DNA from: Octopus sinensis
Taxonomy: Eukaryota
Reading direction: 5' to 3'
NCBI RefSeq assembly: GCF_006345805.1
Contig: NC_042998.1
Span: forward strand, 4,774,001 to 4,838,000
Length of the DNA stretch: 64,000 nt
The notes beneath the pieces are model-generated. The model searched no databases and was not told the DNA's origin. It saw only the letters and a list, made by a program, of their open reading frames with translations. Within the stretch, counting starts at the first letter, position 1; every line of letters starts with the position of its first letter. A program made the translations under genes and the position numbers. Of this stretch, positions 26,165 through 38,619 are shown piece after piece.

Positions 26165-27509
26165 ATAGCAGAATATGGTATTAACTTGCTACTGTTATGA
26201 TAAAGAATTGCAATGATCTTCCAAATACAACTGATGATCGGAATATGCTACAGTAAACCATATCGGATAAATACATTCGAACTTATATATGTATGCATAT
26301 GCATATGTGTGCAGGGGATATATATATGAACGCACGTGCACACACACGTGCACACGCAGACACATACAGATATAGGTCACATGTAAATGTGTTCGAAGCA
26401 TCATGCTTTCATGCAAACATTGTGATTCTCTCAAAATTGATCGAAATTATTTTCTATTTTGAAACAAATATATCTAGTTACTGGACATGCCGAATATATC
26501 TTGGGAATATCTATGCAAGATAATTCAGATATGTATGCATGTTCGTAAAATGCAGTGTTTACATTAGCATATAATATTTAGATATTAAACATGCATGGTG
26601 TGAATGCACATACGCCAAAATTATAACTGCATGTATATGTATAAGTAATTGATATATGTATTTGTGTATATAAATATATACATAAACAATTGCAGCGTGA
26701 AAGGTGTTTATAAGCCATTTATATGTGTGTGTGTGTGTATACCTATTTACTGATAACTGTCGACACAAATATGACACGGTATCATAGTAGATATTAACAT
26801 ATTATTTTAGGCGCTCTGACTCTTGGTGCTCCGAGTTTCATCCTTGAGTGCACAGGATCCTCAGGCAATTTATGACTGAACATTGATGGGATTTGCTCAT
26901 TTATATATAGCTTCTTCAGTCAGAAGTTGAGTAGAAAGCGAGAAAATATGATAAAAGTTGAAAAAGAAAAGAAATTAAGAAAAGGGTAAAGAAATAGGGA
27001 AAAGTAAATATGGAAGAGCAAAATGAATAGGAACAGCAGAAACGAAAAAGAAGAAAAAGAAATAAAAAGGGATAAGAAAAAAGGGGACGAATTAAGATGG
27101 GTGGGAGTAGAAAATAGCAGATAAGTAAGCTTTGAGACTTGCAATATTCAAGGACGTAAATAGATGAATGAATAAGTAAATAAATAAAAATAATGACCTA
27201 GTTAAAACGAACAACATCGCATAAATCACAGTGTGAAGCAATCATTCCGCTTTCGAGATATCATATCAAAGTTAGATGCTTTTAAATATTATGTCCCCAC
27301 ACATAAACCTACTCCAAAAAGACGGTAATTGTAGAAACTCATCGCTATGTCCACAGAATAATAAATACCACCTGAATGAGCTCGCTTACAAATCCAAAGT
27401 TCAAAGGAATGGATATTTGCCACAAAATTGTATATCGAGCCCACGCAAAACGACTTTAAAGTTCCTTTCATGCAACACATTTATGTGATGACTAATAATA
27501 GTATGAGAA

Positions 27510-27739
27510 GGCGGCGAGCTGGCAGAACCGTTAGCACGCCGGGCGAAATGGTTTGCGGTATTTCGTCCGCCGCTACGTTCTGAGTTCAAATTCCACCGAG
27601 GCCGACTTTGCCTTTCATCCTTTCGGGGTCGATAAATTAAGTACCAGTTACGCAATGGGGTCGATGTAATCGACTTACTCCCTTTGTCTGTCTTTGTTTG
27701 TCCCCTCTATGTTTAGCCCCTTGTGGGTAATAAAAAACA
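27510..27739 (+). mobile_element. tRNA-derived SINE family 2 with Tx1-like tail
   Basis: Head ggcggcgagctggcagaa, B box agttcaaattcc, tail tttgtctgtctttgtttgtcccctct; 16-bp TSD AATAATAGTATGAGAA at 27494-27509 and 27740-27755. Confidence 0.88.
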
Positions 27740-29542
27740 AATAATAGTATGAGAAATTCTATATAATTACGAATGTATGTCTGGCACTTAAAGGCCAATG
27801 GTATAAGTAGTCCTACAACCAAGTAGAGTATTTTAGTAAAAAGGTAAGCGATCTTATTTAGTGGACAGGACAGAAAGTGTAATCAGTGCATAATCGAGAA
27901 ACTGCACATCTTGTCTGCAACTCAAATCCTAAATTGAAGAGAGGAGACACTTTCCTTTTGCCTATATGCGAGAAAGTTCAGTCCGCAAGTGTTTAAACAT
28001 AATTCTTTCGCAGATTACATCAAAAACTGTATGGCAGCAAATCTCACCGTGGATCCCTATTAATAATAGTCCTTTCCCTTCATTCTTAATCAATATCACT
28101 TAATCAATATCAATATCATAATCAATATCACTGTCAACTCCACTATTATCCCAAGTACCACTGTTATTGCTACTAACTCTCTCATCAGAGATTTGACTAC
28201 TATCCCTATCGCCATTATCGGAAACCACTTTAAGTAACAGAACATGAATAGTATACAATGTATACCACACACACACACACACATGTATGTATCTACCTAC
28301 CTACGTATGTATGTATATATGTTTATATATGCATCATGGATCTTGTTCTTGTTAATAAGTACGGACGGCCGTGGGATACATATATGCAGGAAAGAGCTTT
28401 TAATAATTCAGAAACTTAGCTTATATTTTGCAGTCGGCAACAATCTTCCTATTCAAAACTTTCGATATATCACCTTAAAGTAAGACACCTTTAAATATTT
28501 CCACACATTACTCACAAGTATCTTTGCATTCCTGCAGTTTATCTCATAACCATACCAAACGTACTTCATCTTCATTCTCGGACAAGTGCATCTTGTACTT
28601 ATCGGCAGCAAGCATTTGGAGAGAGTAATGCTTCTGAACGAACCACTTGATATTAGGCGTGAGATTTAAACAAGAAGTATTTTGTGATACAAGTCACTTT
28701 CCACTTACAGTATCCAACGCCAAAGCGACCGGGGAGTTCCTAGATTCGATCTTTCTCCAAATTTTTAAATGGTAAAGCTGTTATAAGTTTCTCCAACGAA
28801 GTTGTAGCAGCTCACTGATTACGAGATAACTGCGGCTGTTGACTGCTAAATGCCACATAAGGATGTTTCCTTCATAGATACTTTTTCTCTACCAGAGCGA
28901 GATGGTATTGAATGCTAGCAAGGTGTGTTGTGCCTTTCATTTTCTGTTTTTCTTTTGCGCTCATTTTCTTACAGAAAAGATAAAACCAGAGGGACAGAAA
29001 GGGAAGAAAGAGCTCCCGTACAAAACTAGTATTTTACTCTGAAACAACAAATGCCAAACTTTACCTCAGCAGATTAGAGCCCATAGCAGAACGATCCCCA
29101 CCAAGCACTTAATCTGATGTTCTAATAAATCCAGCACGTCGACCATCTACGGGTGTATGCGTGTGTGTATGTGTGTGTGGGGGAGCGTTTTTGTGTGTAG
29201 TTCTTTCAATCGGCAGAAAACGTCCCAAACCATTCCATTGACAAGAATTTTTATACATGCTTCTTGTTTGTCTAACGTTAAAACAAAAACATATAATGAT
29301 ATCAGGAATATCCAATCGAAATTGGAGAGTCGTCTGATAAACATTTTAATGTGTACCAATCTATCAACGCTTGCAAAAGAAAAAAGAGAATTAAAATAAA
29401 ATAACATATAAACATTTATGTAAAGAATAAGCACTCTTAGGTACTGCAAATATAGATAGCTATACATTAAATAATAAAGTAGACGAGTAGATATAAATAC
29501 ATACATACATACATACGTACATACATACATACATACATTGGC

Positions 29543-29612
29543 TGCTCGATTAAAGGCGGTGCTCCAGCATGGCCGCAGTCAAATGACTGAAACAAGTAAA
29601 AGAGTAAAGAGT
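29543..29612 (+). mobile_element. SINE family 1, 3' fragment
   Basis: taaaggcggtgctccagcatggccgcagtcaaatgactgaaacaagtaaaagag matches the family tail. Confidence 0.75.
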
Positions 29613-29644
29613 AATACGTATACATAATACAACGAATTCTCGAT

Positions 29645-30198
29645 GCACAATACAACATTCCCGACATTGAGGCTCGTGGCAAATCTTCCAGGGAAGTTCT
29701 TCAGCTTTTGAAGCGTCCGTAAGCTGGCCGAAGCATGCTCAATATTTCTGTACCAGACTTCCCAAGTTTAACGCAAAGTTTCGCGTTGGCTCTTTGTTCT
29801 AACTTCCTGTCCTTAACAAAATCGCAGATTACAGCATAGACGTGATCACAGCTAGCTCTCATTTCGAATGCAACCGTCTGCCTCTCTCTGTCGATGCGCT
29901 ACAGAACTAGCCCAGGGACTATTTGATACCTTGACATAGTTGAATATAGTTCTCTACTTCCTTTCTAAGTTGACTTCCCTCACGTATGTACCTTATACTC
30001 GTAATAACTTGGGTGCTTGATATATCTGTCTTTCGTTTCCACACACTCTTACTTACGTTTCTCTCGACGTATTTAACAAACAAATTTGATAAACAGTTCT
30101 TATCTCTCCGATTAAATATTTTGCTCGAACAATAGGCATCATTCCTTTCTCAAGGCACAAAACTTTTCCCCTCAGTTTGAATTTTAACTTTTGAGCAT
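29645..30198 (-). mobile_element. Mariner 5' fragment (transposase N-terminus) plus shared upstream sequence
   Basis: KLEQRANAKLCVKLGKSGTEILSMLRPAYG matches the mariner EQRANIKFCVKLGKSATE N-terminus. Confidence 0.75.
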
Positions 30199-30273
30199 AC
30201 TGATGATTACGGTAACTTCATGATAGAAAGAATTTTAATACTTGCAACTTGCAAAGCTAAAACTTCTTTAAGT

Positions 30274-30317
<44 letters not shown>

Positions 30318-31065
30318 TGTGTGTGTGTGTGTGTGTGGTGTGTGTGTGTGTATGTATGTATGTATGTATATATATCGTTATGCAAATTGCCTTTGACGCG
30401 TTTCGATAGGATTTATTACTATTGTACATGATTTGAATCTTCGAATCCAATCTTGAAAAGCGGGATATTATTACAAAAGTAAATCAATTCATATTTTGAG
30501 CATTGATTAAGCAAAGAGAAGGAAAAGACATTTTTCAAAAGTTGCAGTACAATAAATGTTATAATACGTAAAAAAAAAGTGAATAGTTATGCCTAACTTC
30601 TTTTCTACGAACATCACACTGTTACTGGAAAATCTTGGCAACAATTCAGACTCTGTTCTACTTTGTGAAACATGGATAAAACTGTCGACACAATCCAATT
30701 TATCAATTCTAAATGCATAAGCATTAAATTGCCTAGGTGCAATGATAAAGTAATTTAGAAATCTGATTCCATACAAAAATTTTACTTCACATTATATTAA
30801 AAAATATAATCATCTGTTCAATAAATACAATTTCATGAAAATTATGGGCTTCAAACTAATTACTGTGTACTTTGTTCTGTGAACAAATAATTTCATTATT
30901 ATACACACAACAGCTATGGCGAGAGTCTCGAAGTTTTATAAAGATCAAGTGATGTTATTTCACTTTCATATGTGAATTGTTAAAACAACGGCAGCAAACA
31001 GTTGTGTTGCGATGGTAGATAATATTTGTACGACGTGTTTTCATTCGATGTGTATATATCTTCTA

Positions 31066-31459
31066 CTAGCAGTATCGCCCGGCGTTGCTCGGGTTTGTAA
31101 GGGAGATAACTATATAAGAATTTTTAGAGATGTAAAGTATAATAGCCATCTCAATATGGCTAACCACAAAAGGGGGGGAGTTACTGTAGCTTTTTACGTT
31201 CTGAGATTTAATAATAAATTTTTAGAGAGTTACTTCCCTTATATATGCCAAAAATGCATTAAAATGGGGAAAATTGATAGTAATTTTTTTAAAATCGTAA
31301 ACTCATCGTAGATGCGCGCTAATACCCAGAAGGGCTCGATATGCATCACGACTATAAGATACCCGGTTTTGGTTAAACTGCACTGCAAAATGTGGGAGTA
31401 GTTATGAATCTAAATCGTAGGAGACAGGCAGCACACAACCTCACTTTTATATATAAAGA
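31066..31459 (-). mobile_element. Non-autonomous Helitron (394 bp)
   Basis: 5' A|TCTTTATATATAAAAG; 3' hairpin cccgagcaacgccggg, then 8 nt and CTAG|T; no TSD. Confidence 0.85.
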
Positions 31460-32764
31460 TGTGGTGCGAACGCTTGTGTGTGTATGCATGTTCCTTTCAA
31501 CAGTTTGATATAGCATATGCTGGTCTGTTCAAAGTTATGTGCATGTGTGGGAGAGTTTGAGTGCCAACCGGAACGCCATGTTGTGTTTATATTTTATTTG
31601 TAAATGATTTCATCTGAAGCTTTATTTGTGAGGTTCTGTGTTTGTATTCGTTTAAATGGTGTATGTATGAATGTCAGTATAAGGAGAATTACACTTATGT
31701 ATGTTTGTTTGACTGCTAGTGGTTGATATGTGAATTTTCTAAAAGGAATAACATCTTCAGAAAACTCGTCTTGCAAATAGATTTATCCAATACCAACTCG
31801 TCTACACACGTATGTATAAAGGAGCGTATATATTTTTTGATACAAATAATGCAAACAGTGGTAACAGAATAGTAAAAGCATACGATCATTTAGGGAAGCG
31901 GAACGGAAGTAAGTAGAGGTGGGCTTACTTACGTGAGTTTATCACTAAGCAGTTATAATCCAACACATTTAGGAATATGGTAGCGGGCTGATAAATAGAA
32001 GTAACGAAATAAACATTACTTATATAAATCGAAAATGAAGAAAGCTGATACAATGTATTTATATGCTGTGAGTTTTTTATACGTTCATTAGTCAAAAGTA
32101 ATAATAGAAATAGTCATAAAAATAATACTACAAACAGTAATTCTAAATGTAAACATAATAGTTTTAATACTAAACATATGAATAATGAGTAAGTATATAG
32201 CAACGGTAAGATTATAAATTTGCTAAACACCCTAGATTTTAAAAAAAGTAATCTTATGTACCTATTACAGTAAAGATACATCTCAAATTCCCATTAAACG
32301 CAAATGCCTTTTACATAACGTGATATACACACGTTTTGCAAAACCGCTAGTTACGGGTATGTCTACAAAAGATCAACGGCTGTGAAACGGTTGAAAATTC
32401 ACAAGATATTGGTCAGTCTGGGACTATAGTGCAAGACATTTGTTCAAAATACTGCACAGTACAACGAACCCAACGTCAAGTGGTTTAAAATATATGTTTT
32501 CTGTAAATGTGGTTTGAAAGTGGACTTTGTAATCACATTCACTGGGAAAATATATTTGATACCATTGAGACAGAAACCAGTCCGTTGATTATGTAATTTT
32601 CTTTGACATTAAGAAAATGGATAAGTTCAAGAAGCATAACGCTAAGTTCGAGAGATTAATTGGAGGCAATATTTGTAAAATACTCTCTGGAGAATTCATG
32701 AAATAATCGAATTGATGTTGTACAAATATATGAGGTTGTTTATAAACTCTTGTCTCTTCTTAAG

Positions 32765-33289
32765 ATGCTCATAAGTAAAAATTCAAAGTGAGGGGAAAAG
32801 TTTTGTGCCTTGAGAAAGAAGTGATGCCTGTTGTTCGAGCAAAATATTTAATCGGAGAGATAAGAACTGTTTATCAAATTTGTTTGTTAAATACGTCGAG
32901 AGAAACGTAAGTAAGAGTGTGTGGAAGCAAAAGACAGATATATCAAGCACCCAAGTATATACGAGTATAAGGTACATACGTGAGGGAAGTCAACTTAGAA
33001 AGGAAGTAGAGAACTATTTTCAACTATGTCAAGGTATCAAATAGTCCCTGGGCTAGTTCTGTAGCGCATCGACAGAGAGAAGCAGACGGTTGCATTCGAA
33101 ATGAGAGCTAGCTGTGATCTTCATGACGCAGTGTGCCGAGTGATGTTGTTTTTACTTCGCAAGTGTGAAATTTGTGTTTTCGTAATCACGTATATGCTGT
33201 AGTCTGCGATTTTTTTAAGGACAGGAAGTTAGAACAAAGAGCCAACGCGAAATTTTGCGTTAAACTTGGAAAGTCTGCTACAGAAATAT
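32765..33289 (+). mobile_element. Mariner 5' fragment, inverted homolog of 29742-30198
   Basis: DRKLEQRANAKFCVKLGKSATE; alignment by eye to the reverse complement of 29742-30198. Confidence 0.75.
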
Positions 33290-35129
33290 GCAGTTATTAT
33301 TGTTTTATTTACCGTAAATCAGCTTCGACAGAGCAGACATATACGGACTCCTACCATGACCATACCTGTAATTTAATGCATTAATGCAGAATTACATGAA
33401 TGCCTGATATATCCTTCCTCATTTACGATGACAATGTGTTATATATTAAATAAAGATTTGGCAATCATTTTGTTTTTTCAGGTTGAACCAACTTTTAAAG
33501 GCTCCTTTCTGAATAACGATTATCTCATTATTTTGAAACTCCCTAACGTTTTATTGAAGTGTTTCTGTTTTAACTGGTTATATATCGTTTATACTTACTC
33601 ACTCAATGCATTGTATGTCATCAATGCTTCACACGCATGCATATGCATATATATTATACAAACACTTACATATATACATACATTTGTTGTGTGTGTATTG
33701 CAGTTTGTGGAGCATCGTTCATATCAACGATTCATATAAAATGTTACATAAAATGTTTGTGTGTACTTTGTAGATAGGCTAATCTGGTGGCTTCTATCAG
33801 ATTTTGTCCTTCGATAGCGATGTGTTGTCTATGTCAATACTTTGCTAACAAACACTTACGTAGGTAAGTATTTCAGTAAATATGTATGCATGCATATATG
33901 TATGTACGTATCTATGTATTTAAATTATGTAATAGTAACTGCTGTAGAGTAAAATCTTTATTTATATGACACAACGTATGTATATCGTTGGAAGGTCAGA
34001 GGCTGCAGTAGTCACTTCGGAAACAGATCCTTTTAAGGAAGATTTTCTTTGAAAACCCAATTTGCTTGAGCAAGTCAAAATGAAATCGTCTCGGAAGGGA
34101 TCTCGAGAATGACAGATGTGGGATAGTTTCTTTATGAAAAGGAGAAATAACATTTAGATGTAGGATTTAACCTGGAATAAATCATCTTAAGTTATGCAAA
34201 TTTCTTCATACATGTTTTAACTTTTCTGAGTATCTATTCAACCAAATTAAAATCCTTTAGTTTTCAAGACTTAATCTTTAGTTTTATATTTAACCGACGT
34301 ATCTCCAATATATAATTTTTCATTCTAAATATGATTATCTAATTTTAGTATGCAAGCAAATATTGTTGTAAATACGTGAACGATTAATTAAAATCAACAA
34401 ACAACAAAATAGTTAATTAATAATTTTCGAAAATAATTACATCAACTGTTTGAATCGTAAAAGAATTATTTGTCTCAAAATAATAATTGCATAGCAGCTG
34501 TTTTCTCCGTGTTTCTATCATAGTCGAGACATTAGTAACACTTAAACACGGCGCCAGATACAAAAAGATTTGGAAATCTTATAAAGGTTCATCTTTTGAA
34601 AATAGCTTGCTATAATAATTCAAGGTATGCATAAAACTACATCGAAGAGTCTGTTATGTAGGACGTATTAGCTGTAACTAAAACATAATACATGTAACAC
34701 AACAATAACATTGAATCAGCTATTCCTAGTATTGATAGAAAAATATAATTTTTCTACTTAGAATTAATCATTGAATTTAGAGAAACGCTTTAAATCGCTT
34801 TGTCATTCCGACTAGCTTGTACGAAAGGATTGAACATATTTTTTTTATATAACGCAGTGGAAATAAAATAATCCTATATCATTCCTGAAATGTAAACAAG
34901 ACACTTAACAAAGAAAAAAAATTGAAATGATTATCTTTTGAGAATGCTATCAACAACATTAAAACACAAAGGTATCGTATTCTTTTAAATCATTTTCAAA
35001 ATCATTCATGTTAGGAAGCAAATCATTTATGGCTTTTTAATCTTAATGACAGTTTTCCATGAGCTCTTTCCATATTTATTAGATTTGATGAAGTCGTTGA
35101 AGCTTTTCTCTTTCTCCTCCTTCTTCGTC

Positions 35130-35385
35130 ATACTCTTCTTCTTCTTCTTCTTCTTCTTCTTCTTCTTCTTCTTCTTTTCTTCTTCTTCTTCTTCTTCTTC
35201 TTCTTCTTCTTCTTCTTCTTCTTCTTCTACATCATTATTATCATAATCATCTTATTTTCTCTTTCTTTTTATTGTGTATTTTATTGTTGTCTTTGTAGTT
35301 GGTATTATCTTTTGAATTATTATTATCATTGTTGATTTTATTATTGTTGTTGCTGCTGTTATTATCAATATCATCATTATTATTG

Positions 35386-35416
<31 letters not shown>

Positions 35417-35439
35417 CATTATCGTCATTATTATTATTA

Positions 35440-35492
<53 letters not shown>

Positions 35493-35495
35493 GGT
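35130..35495 (+). repeat. Compound (TTC)n and (TTA)n microsatellites
   Basis: Directly visible. Confidence 0.95.
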
Positions 35496-36475
35496 GATAC
35501 TGGTGCTGCTGGTGATTACACTGATGTGTTGTTGTAACTGTTGTTATTTTCTAATCAATATGGATTTCTTTCATTTTGCGATTATAAAATGACAATTCTG
35601 ACAAGTCGTGTGTTCTTTATTTTTCGTTTTACTGGAGTTATTTCGCTTGCTTTATTTTCGTTTTTATTTCAAGATAAGTTTGTTCTGAGTTTAAAGTAAC
35701 AGAAAGAGCAGGTTTCATTAAATATTTGCTCATAGATATTCGATAATAATTGAAATGTTACTAATTTTAAGATCGTACAATATGGAAGGTAATACTGATT
35801 ATAAATAATAATAATAATAATACAGAGTCAGCAAACATTTGCAACAGAACATTTTGAATAGACTAAACAAGTAAATGAAAAGAGTTCTAAAACACGTTCA
35901 TCATTTTCAGCAGCAACAACTCTAAGGTAAAAGGAATGAAATAGAATTTTTTAAAAATCTATAAGATATAAAAAAAAATATTTGCATAATAAACTTAATA
36001 CTATTGTAAAACACAAAAGGGTTTAAAACGTTAATATATATATATATGTCAGTATACTAATTGTAAGTAAAAAGAAAAGAAACTTATAGGTTATTAGAAA
36101 TGGCTGTAATTTTAAAATGAGAGATAGATGCCAAATGATAATGATAAAATTAAAGTAAACGCCTTTGAAGTTAGAGACATACAGAAAGGATTGTAAAGTG
36201 ACCCAGGCTGGTATTTAAAAAGAGGATATTTAAGGATTATAAGATTACAAGGCCAAACAAAGGAAAAGAATATTAACATTTAAATGATAAACTTTCAATT
36301 AAACACGGTCCAAAGTAGGATATTGTATCTGATCATGCTACATGCTAAAAATAGATATCCGATATTGTTATCCTTCTGATAATAATATACAGTTTTGATT
36401 TTTTAAAAGAACACAGAAAATAAGTGAACTTTTATTGATGTAGTCCGAGTACACCTTATCGGAAGGAGAACTATT

Positions 36476-36870
36476 CTTTTCTACTCTAGGCACAAGGCTC
36501 GGAGTTTTGGGGCAGGTGGCCAGTCGATTAGATCAAACCCAGTACGCAACTGGTACTTAATTTATTGACCCTGAAGGGATGAAAGGCAAAGTCGACCTCG
36601 GCGGAATTTGAACTCAGAACATAAAGACATAAAATACCTATTCCTTTACTACAAACAAGGGGCTAAACACTGAGAGGGCAAACAAGGACAGACAAAGGGA
36701 TTAAGTCGATTATATCGACCCCAGTGTGTAACTGGTACTTATTTAATCGACACCGAAAGGATGAAAGGCAAAGTCGACCTCGGTGGAATTTGAACTCAGA
36801 ACGTAGCGGCAGACAAAATACGGCTAAGCATTTCGCCCAGCGTGCTAATGTTTCTACCAGTTCCCCACCT
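36476..36870 (-). mobile_element. Nested SINE family 2 dimer: Tx1-tailed unit joined to a normal-tailed unit
   Basis: Junction at 36638/36639; outer TSD tcggaaggagaa(c/a)tatt at 36459-36475 and 36871-36887. Confidence 0.8.
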
Positions 36871-37440
36871 TCGGAAGGAGAAATATTAAGATGACTATTT
36901 GAATGACTTTGATCAGAGATCTGCTCATTCAAGACGTCTCTAGATGATAAAAACGAAGAATATCCAATGTAACTCCGGCTCTCCAGTACCCTTGGGAAAA
37001 GCTATATGAAAACAATATGTTTAAATAAGAAAATGAGTGAGTAATATGCTGCTCCTTCAGCTATTTTCTGCTATTACGGTCCACGAATGACATGTATGAA
37101 GTTTTCACAATAATCCACACAAGAAAATCCGGAGGTAATACGCAACCGAAATACGGAATGATGGTGAGGTTTCTATATGGTTTGTTGACCAGCAACAAAC
37201 CGAAGCCAAATACGATTTAAGATATTTTTAATAAAACTCACATTATTTATATGATCCTGGACAGATTTCTGCAGTTAATCATTTAGAGTTGAGGTAGCAG
37301 GATTTTACAGCAATAGAACGAAAATATTATTGATGTGAAATTATATGAGGATAACTATGATATATATATTTATATATATGAGTACCGCTGGCGATTTTTT
37401 TTCCTCTGTCTTCCCTTTTTGGGATCTTTCCTTCTCCTAT

Positions 37441-37475
37441 GTTTCCGGCGAAGAGCTCCGCTCGAAACGTTAAAC
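37441..37475 (+). ncRNA. Degenerate minimal hammerhead motif in a (TA)n-flanked PLE-type repeat (~37380-37577)
   Basis: GUUU-CCGGCGA-A-GAGC(UCC)GCUC-GAAA-CG-UU-AAAC; stems intact, core mutated. Confidence 0.45.
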
Positions 37476-37570
37476 CCTCCTTCTTCCCTTCTTTCCTGAG
37501 CGTCCAATAATACTTTATTTGTTCCACGTCCTCGCGTTGTTGTGTTTTTTTTGTGTTTTCTTGTTTGGAT

Positions 37571-37663
<93 letters not shown>

Positions 37664-37759
37664 ATAAAACGGTAAGATAACAAAAGAAAGAAAGAGACCT
37701 CAATATTATGTAAATAGAGGAAATTTATCTATACAATATGTTACATTACTCGGTAGTCA

Positions 37760-37822
37760 AGATAAAACTCTGAGTTTCAGATGCCGAAGTGGAAATCCAC
37801 AACACCATCTCTTCGGTTATCT
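37760..37822 (-). ncRNA. Hammerhead ribozyme, inverted copy
   Basis: Reverse complement of 38557-38619. Confidence 0.65.
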
Positions 37823-37861
37823 GGCTATTTGAAAACGTTATGAAAAAATACCGTTAAAAAA

Positions 37862-38360
37862 GGCCAATCATAACATACAAAAAACACAAGAAGAAAACAG
37901 CTGTTCATGCAGGAATAAAGAATTGTGCCCGCTAAATGGAGCTTGCATGTCCAAGACCATCATATATGAAGCTACCGTAAACTCTATAACCACTAAAGAC
38001 ACCGTTTCGACGAAGAAATACGTGGGCCTGACAGAGGGTAATTTCAAGGCCAGGTTCAATAACCACACTTTGAGCTTAAGGCACAGGAACAAAAGAAAAG
38101 CGACACAATTATCCAATCATATTTGGTCTTTAAGAGATAAAGGTGTCGATTATAACATACAATGGAAGATTTTTGCCAGATGTAAGCCCTATACTAACGG
38201 CAGCGGAAGGTGCGGTTTATGCGACATGGAGAGATGGCTTATCTGGAAAAGCAGCTTAGACCCTACCACATGTCTAAATACAAGGACAGAGCTTTTCGGA
38301 TCATGCCCACATGTGACTAAATTTCTGTTACGTTTTTGGTCCCCTAAAGAAAACGGATAG
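37862..38360 (+). pseudogene. PLE GIY-YIG endonuclease domain with Cys-rich linker (C-terminal part of the ORF, open frame)
   Basis: CSCRNKELCPLNGAC, IIYEATV, KYVGLTEGNFKARFNNH, LSNHIWSL, CGLCDMER, LNTRTELFGSCPH. Confidence 0.88.
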
Positions 38361-38556
38361 AACATGCTTTCTGTGTTATGTCCCAAGAAGATTTTATATA
38401 TTTTTATATATTTTTATATATTTTTTTATGTATTTTTATATAATTTTTATGACGAAAAATGCGAGCGATGTATAAGTACGCAGGCAAAGCAGAGTTATAA
38501 CAGAGTAATTTCCCTTCATTTTTAACGGTATTTTTTCATAACGTTTTCAAATAGCC

Positions 38557-38619
38557 AGATAACCGAAGAGATGGTGTTGTGGATTTCCACTTCGGCATCT
38601 GAAACTCAGAGTTTTATCT
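38557..38619 (+). ncRNA. Type I hammerhead ribozyme in the PLE pseudo-LTR (sense orientation)
   Basis: AGAUAA/UUAUCU stem I (6 bp), CCGAAGA core, GAUG/CAUC stem II with an inner GUGG/CCAC hairpin, extra U, GAAA, stem III ACUC-A-GAGU, then U. Confidence 0.7.

Noticed and set aside
30507-30776. Minus-strand 89-aa ORF
   Set aside because: The plus strand reads NNSDSVLLCETWI, like a LINE APE remnant; there is no support for a host exon.
33962-34153. ORF ...RDPFRDDFILTCSSKLG resembling a GPCR tail, with a pyrimidine tract
   Set aside because: Similarity is weak, the acceptor is an atypical AAG, and the phase does not fit the 40893 candidate exon.
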